This document shows positions 27,675 to 36,685 of a DNA stretch of 58,860 nucleotides, piece by piece. Below the pieces are notes generated by a model that was not told the DNA's origin, did no database searches, and was given only the letters and a program-made list of their open reading frames with translations. Position 1 is the stretch's first letter. Each line of letters begins with the position of its first letter. Origin of the DNA: a virus (taxonomy: Duplodnaviria > Caudoviricetes); the IMG/VR virus record IMGVR_UViG_3300023181_000032, positions 1 through 58,860 of that record; one strand, given 5' to 3'. A program made the position numbers and the translations under genes.

Positions 27675-28637
27675 ATGAGCAAAGCAGAAGCAGTACAAGA
27701 ATCGCAGGAAGACATCGATGCACGCCTGGCCGAAGAGGCAGCGCTGAGCGGTGAAGACTACACACCACCAGAAGATACGAAGGCGGATGTGCCGGCCGCC
27801 TCTACATCCAAGCTGACCGATGCGGGTGCTGACGTCGATGCTGAGGCTGCCAAGGCAAAGCCGGAGTACGACGCCGACACCCTGGCCGCCATCGCGGGTG
27901 ACGACAAGCCGAAGACTGTCCCTCACTCACGCTTCAACGAGGTGAATGAAGAGGCGAAGCTTCACCGCGCCCGGGTCCTGGCGCTGGAAGAAGAGCTGGC
28001 CCGCATGAAGGGGGCAGCGCCGGTCGCTCCAAAGAAAGAAGAGGCACCGGTAGCCGCATACGATTTCGATGACGCAGAAGACCGCTACGCCTCTGCGTTG
28101 CTGGATGGCGAGAGTGCCAAGGCGAAAGAAATTCGCCGGGAAATCCGAGCCCGGGAGCAGGAAGCTGCGGACAAGCGTGCGGAGGAGCTGGCCGACCGTC
28201 GCTACAAGACCAACAAGGCGGCCGATGATGCGCAGCGCACCAAGCTGGAGTTCGATGTCGAGCTGAACAAGGCCTACGCCGCATTCCCGTTCCTCAACGC
28301 TGAGAGCGTCGACAAGAATCAGGACGCCATCGACGAGGTTCTGGTCTGGCAGCAATCGTTCCTGAGCAAGGGTGGCACCGCAGCCGAGGCTCTGGCCGCA
28401 GCCGTCAAGAAGATCGCGCCGCGCTTCGTCAAGGCAGCAGATGAACCGGCTCCGGCAGCCGCAGCAGCGCCAAAGCCTGACCTTCAAAAAGGTATCGACC
28501 GTGCCGCCCGTGTCCCTGAGAAGCCTCAAGGCCTGGGCGCGCGCGCATCGACATTGGATGTCAGCAAGATGAGCGGCAAGGATCTGAAAGCGCTGTCTGC
28601 CGAGGACGAAGCCAGTCTGGCGGGCGACATTGTTTAG
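27675..28637 (+). CDS. Scaffolding protein
   Basis: Acidic, Ala-rich; VPHSRFNEVN motif; between portal and capsid. Confidence 0.8.
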   Translation: MSKAEAVQESQEDIDARLAEEAALSGEDYTPPEDTKADVPAASTSKLTDAGADVDAEAAKAKPEYDADTLAAIAGDDKPKTVPHSRFNEVNEEAKLHRARVLALEEELARMKGAAPVAPKKEEAPVAAYDFDDAEDRYASALLDGESAKAKEIRREIRAREQEAADKRAEELADRRYKTNKAADDAQRTKLEFDVELNKAYAAFPFLNAESVDKNQDAIDEVLVWQQSFLSKGGTAAEALAAAVKKIAPRFVKAADEPAPAAAAAPKPDLQKGIDRAARVPEKPQGLGARASTLDVSKMSGKDLKALSAEDEASLAGDIV

Positions 28638-28665
28638 TTGACGGACCGATCCAGTCACATAAGTT
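28638..28665 (+). promoter_or_regulatory. CAGTCACA-type late promoter (capsid operon)
   Basis: TTGACG-gaccgatcCAGTCACA-TAAGTT. Confidence 0.75.
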
Positions 28666-28873
28666 CGTAGTCGTTGGGCCAAGGGGCAAGGACGTCATCC
28701 AGCTTATTCAGTGGATGACCTTTCCCTCTCAACTCGCTCACCGAGTCACGGTGTCTCTCGCCAGCAGGGCGTAAAGCTGACCCGTTTCAAGCGCATCAGG
28801 AGCGCTCAAACCTGTCCTCGCGAGGGTGGCGACATACCCAGAACCACAAAGCCACCTTTATAGGAATGCCCTC

Positions 28874-29992
28874 ATGGCAACTACCAACTTTGCTGCGTTG
28901 CAGCCGCAACAAAAAGTCTTCTGGTCGAAAAAGACCTGGGAAGCAGCTCGCGACGACATGTTCGTCAACAAATTTCTGGGCGACGGCGAATCCGCAATCA
29001 TCCAGCACATCACCGAACTGACAAAAACCGAAAAGGGCACTCAGGTCATCATGAACCTGGTGGCCGATCTGGTCGGCGACGGCGTGACCGGTGACAACTG
29101 GCGCGAAGGCAACGAAGAAGAAATGCAGGCGTACTTCCAGGAGATTCAGATTGACCTGATCTCCAACGCAGTGCGCAGCAAAGGCAAGCTGGCCGAGCAG
29201 AAGTCGGTAATCGATTTCCGCCGGATGGCTCGCGGTCGTCTCTCCAACTGGCTGGCCCAGCGTGTTGATGAGCTGGCAATCCTGACCCTGTCGGGCATCG
29301 CCTACAACTTCAACACCGACGGTTCGGCCCGTGTCGGTTCCGCCTTCCCAGGTCTGGCTTTTGCCGCCGACGTGAGTGCCCCCTCATCGAAACGGTATCT
29401 GACCTGGGACGGCTCTAACTTGATCGCTGGCAGCACTGCCGCGATTGCCGCTACCGGTGTTCCGAAATACAAGATGATCGTGGACCTTATCGCTTACGCG
29501 AAGTCGCACCACGTTCGCCCTGTGACCGCCAACGGCAAAGAGTACTTCGTGCTGCTGGTCCAGCCCGGCACCCTGGCGGCCCTGAAAATGGATCCGCTGT
29601 GGCAGAACGGCCTGACTAACGCCGGTGTTCGCGGCGACAACAACCCATGGTTCACCGGTGCAACCATCACCGTGGACGGCGCAATCATCCAGGAATCGAA
29701 CAAGGTCTACACCACCTTGGGCGCTCCTGCCGGCCAGAAATGGGGCGCGGGCGGCAACATCAACGGCACCCGCACTTTGCTGCTGGGCGCCCAAGCACTG
29801 GGCTTCGCTGACATTGAGCAGGGCGGCGCGGGCTGGGTCGAGAAGCTCTTCAACTATGACACCCAGATGGGCGTCTCGCTGGACCGCTTCATCGGCTTCA
29901 AAAAACCTCAGTTCTACAGCATCTACGACAAGTCGGTTCAAGACTTCGGCGTGATCGCTGTCGACCACTATCTGCCGAACTCGGGCGCGTAA
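28874..29992 (+). CDS. Major capsid protein (N4-gp56/DUF4043-like)
   Basis: MATTNF..., EGNEE, LLLGAQAL, DFGVIAVD; size and position fit. Confidence 0.88.
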   Translation: MATTNFAALQPQQKVFWSKKTWEAARDDMFVNKFLGDGESAIIQHITELTKTEKGTQVIMNLVADLVGDGVTGDNWREGNEEEMQAYFQEIQIDLISNAVRSKGKLAEQKSVIDFRRMARGRLSNWLAQRVDELAILTLSGIAYNFNTDGSARVGSAFPGLAFAADVSAPSSKRYLTWDGSNLIAGSTAAIAATGVPKYKMIVDLIAYAKSHHVRPVTANGKEYFVLLVQPGTLAALKMDPLWQNGLTNAGVRGDNNPWFTGATITVDGAIIQESNKVYTTLGAPAGQKWGAGGNINGTRTLLLGAQALGFADIEQGGAGWVEKLFNYDTQMGVSLDRFIGFKKPQFYSIYDKSVQDFGVIAVDHYLPNSGA

Positions 29993-30001
29993 GGAGTCCT
30001 C

Positions 30002-30394
30002 ATGAACTACTTCCACTATGACCACCAGTGGCCGCTCGTTGGCTACAACGAAATGCTCTCCACTGACTTCGCCACCGATGCGGTGCAGAACGTTGTTGTG
30101 TTGCCTGAGGGCTCTCTGGTTATCCGCGCATTCGTGTTGGTGACTACGCCTTACAACTCAGCAACCACCGCAACTCTGAGCGTTGGCGACGCCGCCACAC
30201 CTGCCCGTTACGGCGCCGGTATCGACCTGAAAACCACTGGCATCAAGCAATTGACGCCAACCGGTTACATCACTCCAGGCCAAGGCCCGGTAACTGTGAC
30301 CTTCGCTCAAACCGGCGCTGCTGCAACTGCCGGTGCTGCTCGCGTCTACGTCGAGTATGTCGTCGAGCGTAAAGGCGACGAAATCTCCGAGTAA
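30002..30394 (+). CDS. Probable capsid decoration protein
   Basis: Beta-rich 130 aa immediately after the capsid gene. Confidence 0.6.
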   Translation: MNYFHYDHQWPLVGYNEMLSTDFATDAVQNVVVLPEGSLVIRAFVLVTTPYNSATTATLSVGDAATPARYGAGIDLKTTGIKQLTPTGYITPGQGPVTVTFAQTGAAATAGAARVYVEYVVERKGDEISE

Positions 30395-30448
30395 CAAAGC
30401 CGCCCCGGTTCCGGCCGGGGCATCTCAACATGTGAAGGGGCAATAATC

Positions 30449-30844
30449 ATGGCTGAAGCACTACGTATCCTCCCGCCGAAAGGCCAAGAATCATTTCCAG
30501 TTTTCCTGCCGTCAGGGCACAGCATTCGCGTCTATCAGGTCGATCCTGAGGATCAAAAAACCGGGAGCGTCATCCCGAGCAAATACCACAAGCACGCCCT
30601 TAAGGCTGGCTGCATCTATGTGGGCACTGAGTACGAAGGCGAAGAGGACGACGATCAGTCTGGCTCTGAGAACGGCGCGCTGATCATCAAAGGCATCGAA
30701 GCAATCGTCGAGCGTGACGAAGCTGACGACCTGGATGCGACCGGCCGCCCAACCTTGAAGGCCCTGAAAGCTCAGGTCGGCTTCAACGTAACCCGCGCTC
30801 AAGCAAATGATGCCTGGGATCACTTCCAAGACTCACTGGCATAA
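30449..30844 (+). CDS. Hypothetical virion-module protein
   Basis: 131-aa ORF in the late operon. Confidence 0.65.
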   Translation: MAEALRILPPKGQESFPVFLPSGHSIRVYQVDPEDQKTGSVIPSKYHKHALKAGCIYVGTEYEGEEDDDQSGSENGALIIKGIEAIVERDEADDLDATGRPTLKALKAQVGFNVTRAQANDAWDHFQDSLA

Positions 30845-30847
30845 CCC

Positions 30848-31498
30848 ATGGCCTACGAAACCGTCGAAGCCCTCATCAAAGCCTTCCGTGAAGACGAGAA
30901 GGACAACGTGCAGCCGTATTTCTGGTCAGACAGCCAGCTGGTGCGCTGGACGAATGAGGGCTTGGCGGAGTTCGCCGACGAGTCTAAGAGCTTCTACGAC
31001 GAAGACAGCGATGTCACCCTGATTCAATACGGAGTCGGTGAAGACCGGTTCCAGCTTGATCCCTGCATCATTGATGTCGTCGATGCCTGGCTCGATGGCA
31101 GCCCGTCCTGCCGCCTTCAGCGCTGCCGCGACGGATATCGCGGCAGCTACTGGATGGCATATGGCGGCTGCGGCTCGCACTTCCATTTCAATCCGGTCGG
31201 TATTCTCAAGCTGCATCCGAAACCGACGGCTGCTGGCGAAATCCGCCTGCAGGTCATTCGCCGCCCGGTCAAAGAGCTCGAAAAGTGCGACAAGATCCCG
31301 GACATGCTGCCAAGTGATCGCCGTCACCTGCTGCTGTACCTGGCCTATAAGGCCTACAACGTCAGCGACGCCGAAACCTTTGACAAGGCCAAGTCCAGCA
31401 ACCGTTATGCCGAATTCCTGGTCAGGTGCCAAACCGCGCTTGAAGCCTCGATCCTGCGCCGCGGTGCCTGCACACGCCAGATCCGGAGTAATTGGTGA
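30848..31498 (+). CDS. Probable head-tail adaptor
   Basis: FWSDSQLVRWTNEG...LLLYLAYKAY; position fits. Confidence 0.65.
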   Translation: MAYETVEALIKAFREDEKDNVQPYFWSDSQLVRWTNEGLAEFADESKSFYDEDSDVTLIQYGVGEDRFQLDPCIIDVVDAWLDGSPSCRLQRCRDGYRGSYWMAYGGCGSHFHFNPVGILKLHPKPTAAGEIRLQVIRRPVKELEKCDKIPDMLPSDRRHLLLYLAYKAYNVSDAETFDKAKSSNRYAEFLVRCQTALEASILRRGACTRQIRSNW

Positions 31499-32694
31499 TG
31501 GCGAGCAACAGCGCATGGTCAGGCGGGATCAATAACCGCGCGAACTCCAAAGAAATGCCGGATGGCTTTGTCCGTGACCTGGTGAACTTCGATCCTTTGG
31601 TGGGTGGCGTGCTCGGGCTCCGTTCCGGCTACGACCAGCGCCATGCAGCAACCAATGCTCGCGGCGCGCTGGCTATTGGCTCGAAGATTGTTTTCGCTGA
31701 CGGCACGTCCCTGATTGCGTTCGATACCCAGACCAACACATCGCACACCCTGGCCCAGATCGACGGCGCCGGGCGACTGGTTGGCACGGTGCACAACGAA
31801 GAGCTGTTCTTCTGCACCACCACTGAAAACCTGCGCTTCAACGGCTCTACGCTGCGCCGCTGGGGTGTACCTGCGGTGAATGCCCAGCCATTGCCGACCG
31901 TTGCGTCTGGCGGGCTTGCTGGTGGCTCGTATCAAGCCGCGATGACGCTGGTGAATTCCCAGGGAGAAGAGGGCGGCACCACCAGCCCGATCGAGATAGC
32001 AATCAGCGAAGGCTCGGCGCTTATTTTTCTGTCGCCTTACATCCCCGAGGGCTACACCGCTCGGCTCTACATGAGCACAAGCAACGGTGAGGCGCTGTAT
32101 CAGCAGTTCGAAGGCACTGGCGACATCGTCGTGACGACCTTGCGTGACGACACGGCGCGACTGGAGACGCTGAACATTCGCGAACCTGTCGGCGGTGACC
32201 ACATGGCCTCTTTGAACTCAGTGATCCTGATCGCCGATGGCAACACGCTCTGGCACACGATGCCAATGAGCCCACATCTGCTTGACCGCTCCAAATCCTA
32301 TTTCCAGTACCCGGCGCCAATCAGCATTGTCCTGCAGGTCGACGGCGGGGTGTTCGTGTGTGCGGACAAGACCTACTTCCTGCCCGCGCTGGACTCGACG
32401 GAAGTCGTTCAACGCAAGGTTCTCGATCATGGCGCCATTCCCGGCACCGGCTCAATCCTTCCTGACGGCCGCGCGTGCTGGATGACGCAGTACGGCCTCG
32501 CGGTGGGCGCGCTCGACGGCAGCGTTTCCCTGCTAAGCCAGGCCAACTTTGCCCCAGAGCTTGGAGCGTTTGGCGCGTCCGGTCTCATTGACCACAACGG
32601 CTCTCAGATGGTGATCACCACCATGGGCGGCCTCAAAAGACCAAACCCGCTGATTGCCAGCGACTATTACAGAGCGGAGATCATCACCCCATGA
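31498..32694 (+). CDS. Tail structural protein
   Basis: WSGGINN N-terminus, beta-rich. Confidence 0.6.
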   Translation: MASNSAWSGGINNRANSKEMPDGFVRDLVNFDPLVGGVLGLRSGYDQRHAATNARGALAIGSKIVFADGTSLIAFDTQTNTSHTLAQIDGAGRLVGTVHNEELFFCTTTENLRFNGSTLRRWGVPAVNAQPLPTVASGGLAGGSYQAAMTLVNSQGEEGGTTSPIEIAISEGSALIFLSPYIPEGYTARLYMSTSNGEALYQQFEGTGDIVVTTLRDDTARLETLNIREPVGGDHMASLNSVILIADGNTLWHTMPMSPHLLDRSKSYFQYPAPISIVLQVDGGVFVCADKTYFLPALDSTEVVQRKVLDHGAIPGTGSILPDGRACWMTQYGLAVGALDGSVSLLSQANFAPELGAFGASGLIDHNGSQMVITTMGGLKRPNPLIASDYYRAEIITP

Positions 32695-33206
32695 CCGTCA
32701 TTCCTGAAGCCCTGGCAAAGCTCGGCTTTGTCTATCGCGGAGAGGTCGTGTCGCCGGATGGCGAGGTGATCGTTTCCTTCGAAGACCACAACATCATTCC
32801 CCAGTCCGGCATCGACCACATTGCTGGCCTGATTCGCGGCACCGGCACGATGAATTCAAGCTGGTACATCGGCGTTGGTGCGGCCAACTACGTGCCATCG
32901 AGCGCGACCAGCTCGGCAGACCTTCCTGTTGCTGTAGGCGAGGCGGTCGGTTATTCGCAAGCGACCCGGCCGGTTTGGAATGACACCTACAACGGTGTCG
33001 ACACCATCGACAACACCGCGTCCGAGGCTGAATTCACGTTCACGACCACCACGCGGCTGTACACCGGGTTTCTCTGCTCGAACCCAGGCAAGGGCAGCAA
33101 CAGCGGCATTCTGCTGTCAATCTCCCGTTTCGCATCGCCATACGACGTCCCGGCCGGTTCTACCTTCCGGCTCGCGATCGTATTGCCACTGATTTCGGCG
33201 GCCTGA
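32691..33206 (+). CDS. Virion/tail protein
   Basis: Coupled late ORF. Confidence 0.6.
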   Translation: MTVIPEALAKLGFVYRGEVVSPDGEVIVSFEDHNIIPQSGIDHIAGLIRGTGTMNSSWYIGVGAANYVPSSATSSADLPVAVGEAVGYSQATRPVWNDTYNGVDTIDNTASEAEFTFTTTTRLYTGFLCSNPGKGSNSGILLSISRFASPYDVPAGSTFRLAIVLPLISAA

Positions 33207-33208
33207 CC

Positions 33209-33571
33209 ATGAGCCTGACTCTTGCCGGACGGAACATCGCGCTGCCCACTTTGCTGCCGGGCACTCTCTACATTGCGCTGCACACGGGTAATCCCGGCGA
33301 TGCAGGGTCGGCCAATCAGCTTGCTGACGGCAGTTACACCCGGCAGCCAACCGCATTCGCTGTGAATACCAGCACCGGTACGGCCGCGTCGAGCTCTGCG
33401 CTGAACTTCACCCTCAGCGCGACAGCAACGCTCACGCATATTTCGATCTGGACCGCGGCCAGCGGCGGCACTTGCGTCAGCAGTCAGCCGTTGACCGCAC
33501 CTGTCTCTGCCAGCGCTGGAACATTCACCATTGCCGCCGGCGACATCAACTTGGGAGGCGTATCGCCATGA
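33209..33571 (+). CDS. Virion/tail protein
   Basis: YIALHTGNPG...Y.RQ motif of small tail proteins. Confidence 0.65.
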   Translation: MSLTLAGRNIALPTLLPGTLYIALHTGNPGDAGSANQLADGSYTRQPTAFAVNTSTGTAASSSALNFTLSATATLTHISIWTAASGGTCVSSQPLTAPVSASAGTFTIAAGDINLGGVSP

Positions 33572-34008
33572 AGCGCAGCACTGGTCTTCGCAACTACATG
33601 CTCGCCACCGGTTCGTTCAAGGCTGGCCTGGCGGGAACTGTTCTCACCGTGTATTCCGGCACCGCTCCTGCATCGGCGGATGCGGCATTGTCGGGAGACG
33701 CTGTTCCTCTGCTGACGTACTCGCTGAACGGCACCGGTGGCGGCGTCTCGCTTGAGGCGAACGCTGCTGACGGCTCGATCCAGAAATCATCCTCTGAAGT
33801 CTGGCAGGGTCAGATCACCGTATCCGGAACGCCGACCTTCTTTCGCATGCAGCTGCCATCGGACGCCGGCGGTGCAAGTGTCACGCTCAATCGCCTGCAA
33901 GGGACGGTTGGCCTGATCGACGCAGACATGATTGTCAGCTCGACCACCTGGACCGCTGGCGACGAACGCAAGGTGAACTACTTCACCGCATCCATCGCCG
34001 CAGGTTAA
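33568..34008 (+). CDS. Virion/tail protein
   Basis: MKRSTGLRN...YSGTAPASAD...GTPTFFR. Confidence 0.65.
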   Translation: MKRSTGLRNYMLATGSFKAGLAGTVLTVYSGTAPASADAALSGDAVPLLTYSLNGTGGGVSLEANAADGSIQKSSSEVWQGQITVSGTPTFFRMQLPSDAGGASVTLNRLQGTVGLIDADMIVSSTTWTAGDERKVNYFTASIAAG

Positions 34009-34022
34009 TCGGGAAGACCGCT

Positions 34023-35738
34023 ATGTCGAACCGAATCACCAAGCGGACGAGAAACACCTACGTCGCTGCGGTTCCGGCTGTTACGGCGCGACCGGCCTAC
34101 TGCGTCACCACTCGCGGGACGAAGGTCGTCTATCGGAAGGTGACGTCCTTCAAAAACACCGGGGTTCAGCAGATCCCGGGTTACCCGATCATCGCCGTCA
34201 CTGCCAAAAACGCACTTGGCGTTTCGGTCATTGAATACCTGCTGGTGCCTTACGTCATCGCCAATGCGCCGATCACGACCTGCTACCCCGCAGTCGCCGC
34301 GGTCGCTGGCTCTGAGGCTGCTGTCGTAACTGATGGCCAAGTCGGCTGGAACTCAGGCGGGCGGGGCATCGCGGCGATTGATGCTGATGCAATTCTCGAA
34401 TTCACGCTGCCAGCCAACCCCTCGGGCGCAGTGTTGTGCGGGCTGGCCCCGGCATCCGCAGTTATTGGGTCGTTCAGCGACATTGAACACGGGATCTACT
34501 TTGCCGGTGGCACGCTTCGAATTTACGAAAGGGGTGTACTGCGCGGCTCGCTCGGCACTGTAACCGCCGGCAACCCGTCAGTCAGGATCACGCGCGCCAA
34601 TGGCGTCGTCACTTACTCGGACGGCACCGTTACTGTTACCAGCGCGAACAGATCGACCGGCTCCAAGCGTCTGACCTCGGCGCTCTATGCTGCCGGCGAT
34701 TTCACCGACGACCCAGTTATCGAAAAGCTCTTCACCGGCTCGTCGTTTTACCCACTACTGCTGGGCAATGAGCCCCCGTCGTCGCGGGAAAATCGTCTGC
34801 TGGGAGGGTTTGCCTCTGGGGTCATGGCCGCCGATGCGGTCGTGCCGGTGATCGCTCTCGACGGCGTTGTCACAGTATCCGACATGTCGATGTCTGCCGT
34901 GGATCACGGCCTGTACGTCGATTACGGCGTGCTGGACTTCGATATGAGCCCATTGGTTCGCGCGTCCGAAGAATTCCAGAGCGGCGTAAGCTTTGTAATG
35001 GATGGCCCGGACGTCGAGGCGGAAGACACCACGGATTTCCTCAGCGCCACGATCCACGAAGGACTGGTGATAGGAGCGAGCGTCGTTTTCGCTCCCGTCC
35101 TGTACGCCACGATCACAGAGCGCTTGACCATCGGCAGCACGATAGAAGTGCTCATCGGCATGAATGCTCGCCTGGTCGAAAGCCTGGTGCTGTCATCGTC
35201 GGCGCGCGCCAACTTCATTCTTCACGCAGTGCTGCGCAGCGGGCTGATCATCAGCGACTACTCGTCACAGTCGCGAAACGAGGCGATCCAGTACGCCACC
35301 AACATCGCCACCGGCGCGGTCACGCGATACAGCGGGTTCGGATTCACCAACTTCTGCCGTGTCGGCCAAGACCTTTATGGCGTGCGTCCGGACGGGCTCT
35401 ACAAGATTGATGGCAGCACGGACGACGGCGAAACCCTCTCCGCACTGATCGACTTCGCAGCCGATGATCAGGGCAGCCCGCGCACCAAGCGCATGGAAAA
35501 CGTCTTCTTCGGAATCGCCACTGACGGCGTGGCGTACGCACGACTGACTGACGACTTCGGTCGCGATGCCAAATATCGACTCATCCAGCGTGACAGCTCA
35601 GAGGCCCGAATCAATCCGGCCAAGGGCGTCTCGTCCCGCTACTGGCGGCTGCGGCTTGAGATTGAAGACGCGACCTACGCCGAACTCGACAACATTGAAT
35701 GGGTTGCCGCGACCGGCGCCAGGAGAACCAAGCGATGA
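34023..35738 (+). CDS. Virion structural protein
   Basis: 571-aa late ORF. Confidence 0.65.
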   Translation: MSNRITKRTRNTYVAAVPAVTARPAYCVTTRGTKVVYRKVTSFKNTGVQQIPGYPIIAVTAKNALGVSVIEYLLVPYVIANAPITTCYPAVAAVAGSEAAVVTDGQVGWNSGGRGIAAIDADAILEFTLPANPSGAVLCGLAPASAVIGSFSDIEHGIYFAGGTLRIYERGVLRGSLGTVTAGNPSVRITRANGVVTYSDGTVTVTSANRSTGSKRLTSALYAAGDFTDDPVIEKLFTGSSFYPLLLGNEPPSSRENRLLGGFASGVMAADAVVPVIALDGVVTVSDMSMSAVDHGLYVDYGVLDFDMSPLVRASEEFQSGVSFVMDGPDVEAEDTTDFLSATIHEGLVIGASVVFAPVLYATITERLTIGSTIEVLIGMNARLVESLVLSSSARANFILHAVLRSGLIISDYSSQSRNEAIQYATNIATGAVTRYSGFGFTNFCRVGQDLYGVRPDGLYKIDGSTDDGETLSALIDFAADDQGSPRTKRMENVFFGIATDGVAYARLTDDFGRDAKYRLIQRDSSEARINPAKGVSSRYWRLRLEIEDATYAELDNIEWVAATGARRTKR

Positions 35739-36685
35739 GCATTGACACTACCAACAGCCAGTTATTTGCTCTGGCCCAACAGTCATTGAGCTACGCATCG
35801 GGCAGCGCCGGGCGCATCAACGTCTCGGCCAAGCCGAACCTCAAGGAAACGCCATTCTCCTACACGGTTGGCAGTATCAACCTTCAGGAGCCGCCGAAAT
35901 TCAGCGACCTGTTCGGCGGTACCGACAATGCGGCGGTGAATATCGCGAGCGTGAACGGCGAGGTTGATGCATGGATGGACAAGTATTTCCCATCGATCAA
36001 CAGCGGTTTCCAGGGAGTGCCCGAGGATTATCTCGTCGGCGTGATCAGCGGCGTCAAACCCTTCGGCATGGCCGGCACCATTTTCGAAATGGTTTGGAAC
36101 CAGTCGCGCGATCGAGCCGGGCGCAGTGTCCGTTCTGAGCGAGCCACGTTGAGCGCTGCATTCTCGTCCCGCGGGTTCTCTCTGCCGCCTGGCGCACTTA
36201 TTGACCAGTTGGCCCAGTCCGAGCGGCGTGCCGTCGACGCAGTCCTGGACGTGAGCCGCGAGCAAGCAATCAAAGATGCCGACATCAAACTTCAGTTGCT
36301 CCAGCAGGCCGTGCAGCTCGCCACTCAGCTCAAGTTGGGCATCCTCAATGCCGCGTCCGATATGTTTCGGGTCTACACCTCGATGTATCAGCTTGATTCC
36401 CAGTCGGCTCAGATCAAAGCCTCGGCGTATCAGAGCTTCTACAACGCGCTGTCGAGCTATTACGGCGTCGAAGTGAATATGGAACAGCTCAAGCTGCGCG
36501 CCGCAGAAACAAAGGCTGGCGTGGACGGCGGCATCGATAGCAACCGAATCCGAAACTATGGCGCCGACTCGACCGGACAGGCGCACGGTTATGCCGCCCA
36601 GGCATTTGGCGACATTGCCGGCAAGGCAGCGAGCGCGATCGGTACGCTCGACGCGCACATCACTTCAGGCGCGGCAACTCCATAA
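35735..36685 (+). CDS. Virion protein
   Basis: MSIDTTN...; helical; coupled to neighbours. Confidence 0.65.
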   Translation: MSIDTTNSQLFALAQQSLSYASGSAGRINVSAKPNLKETPFSYTVGSINLQEPPKFSDLFGGTDNAAVNIASVNGEVDAWMDKYFPSINSGFQGVPEDYLVGVISGVKPFGMAGTIFEMVWNQSRDRAGRSVRSERATLSAAFSSRGFSLPPGALIDQLAQSERRAVDAVLDVSREQAIKDADIKLQLLQQAVQLATQLKLGILNAASDMFRVYTSMYQLDSQSAQIKASAYQSFYNALSSYYGVEVNMEQLKLRAAETKAGVDGGIDSNRIRNYGADSTGQAHGYAAQAFGDIAGKAASAIGTLDAHITSGAATP

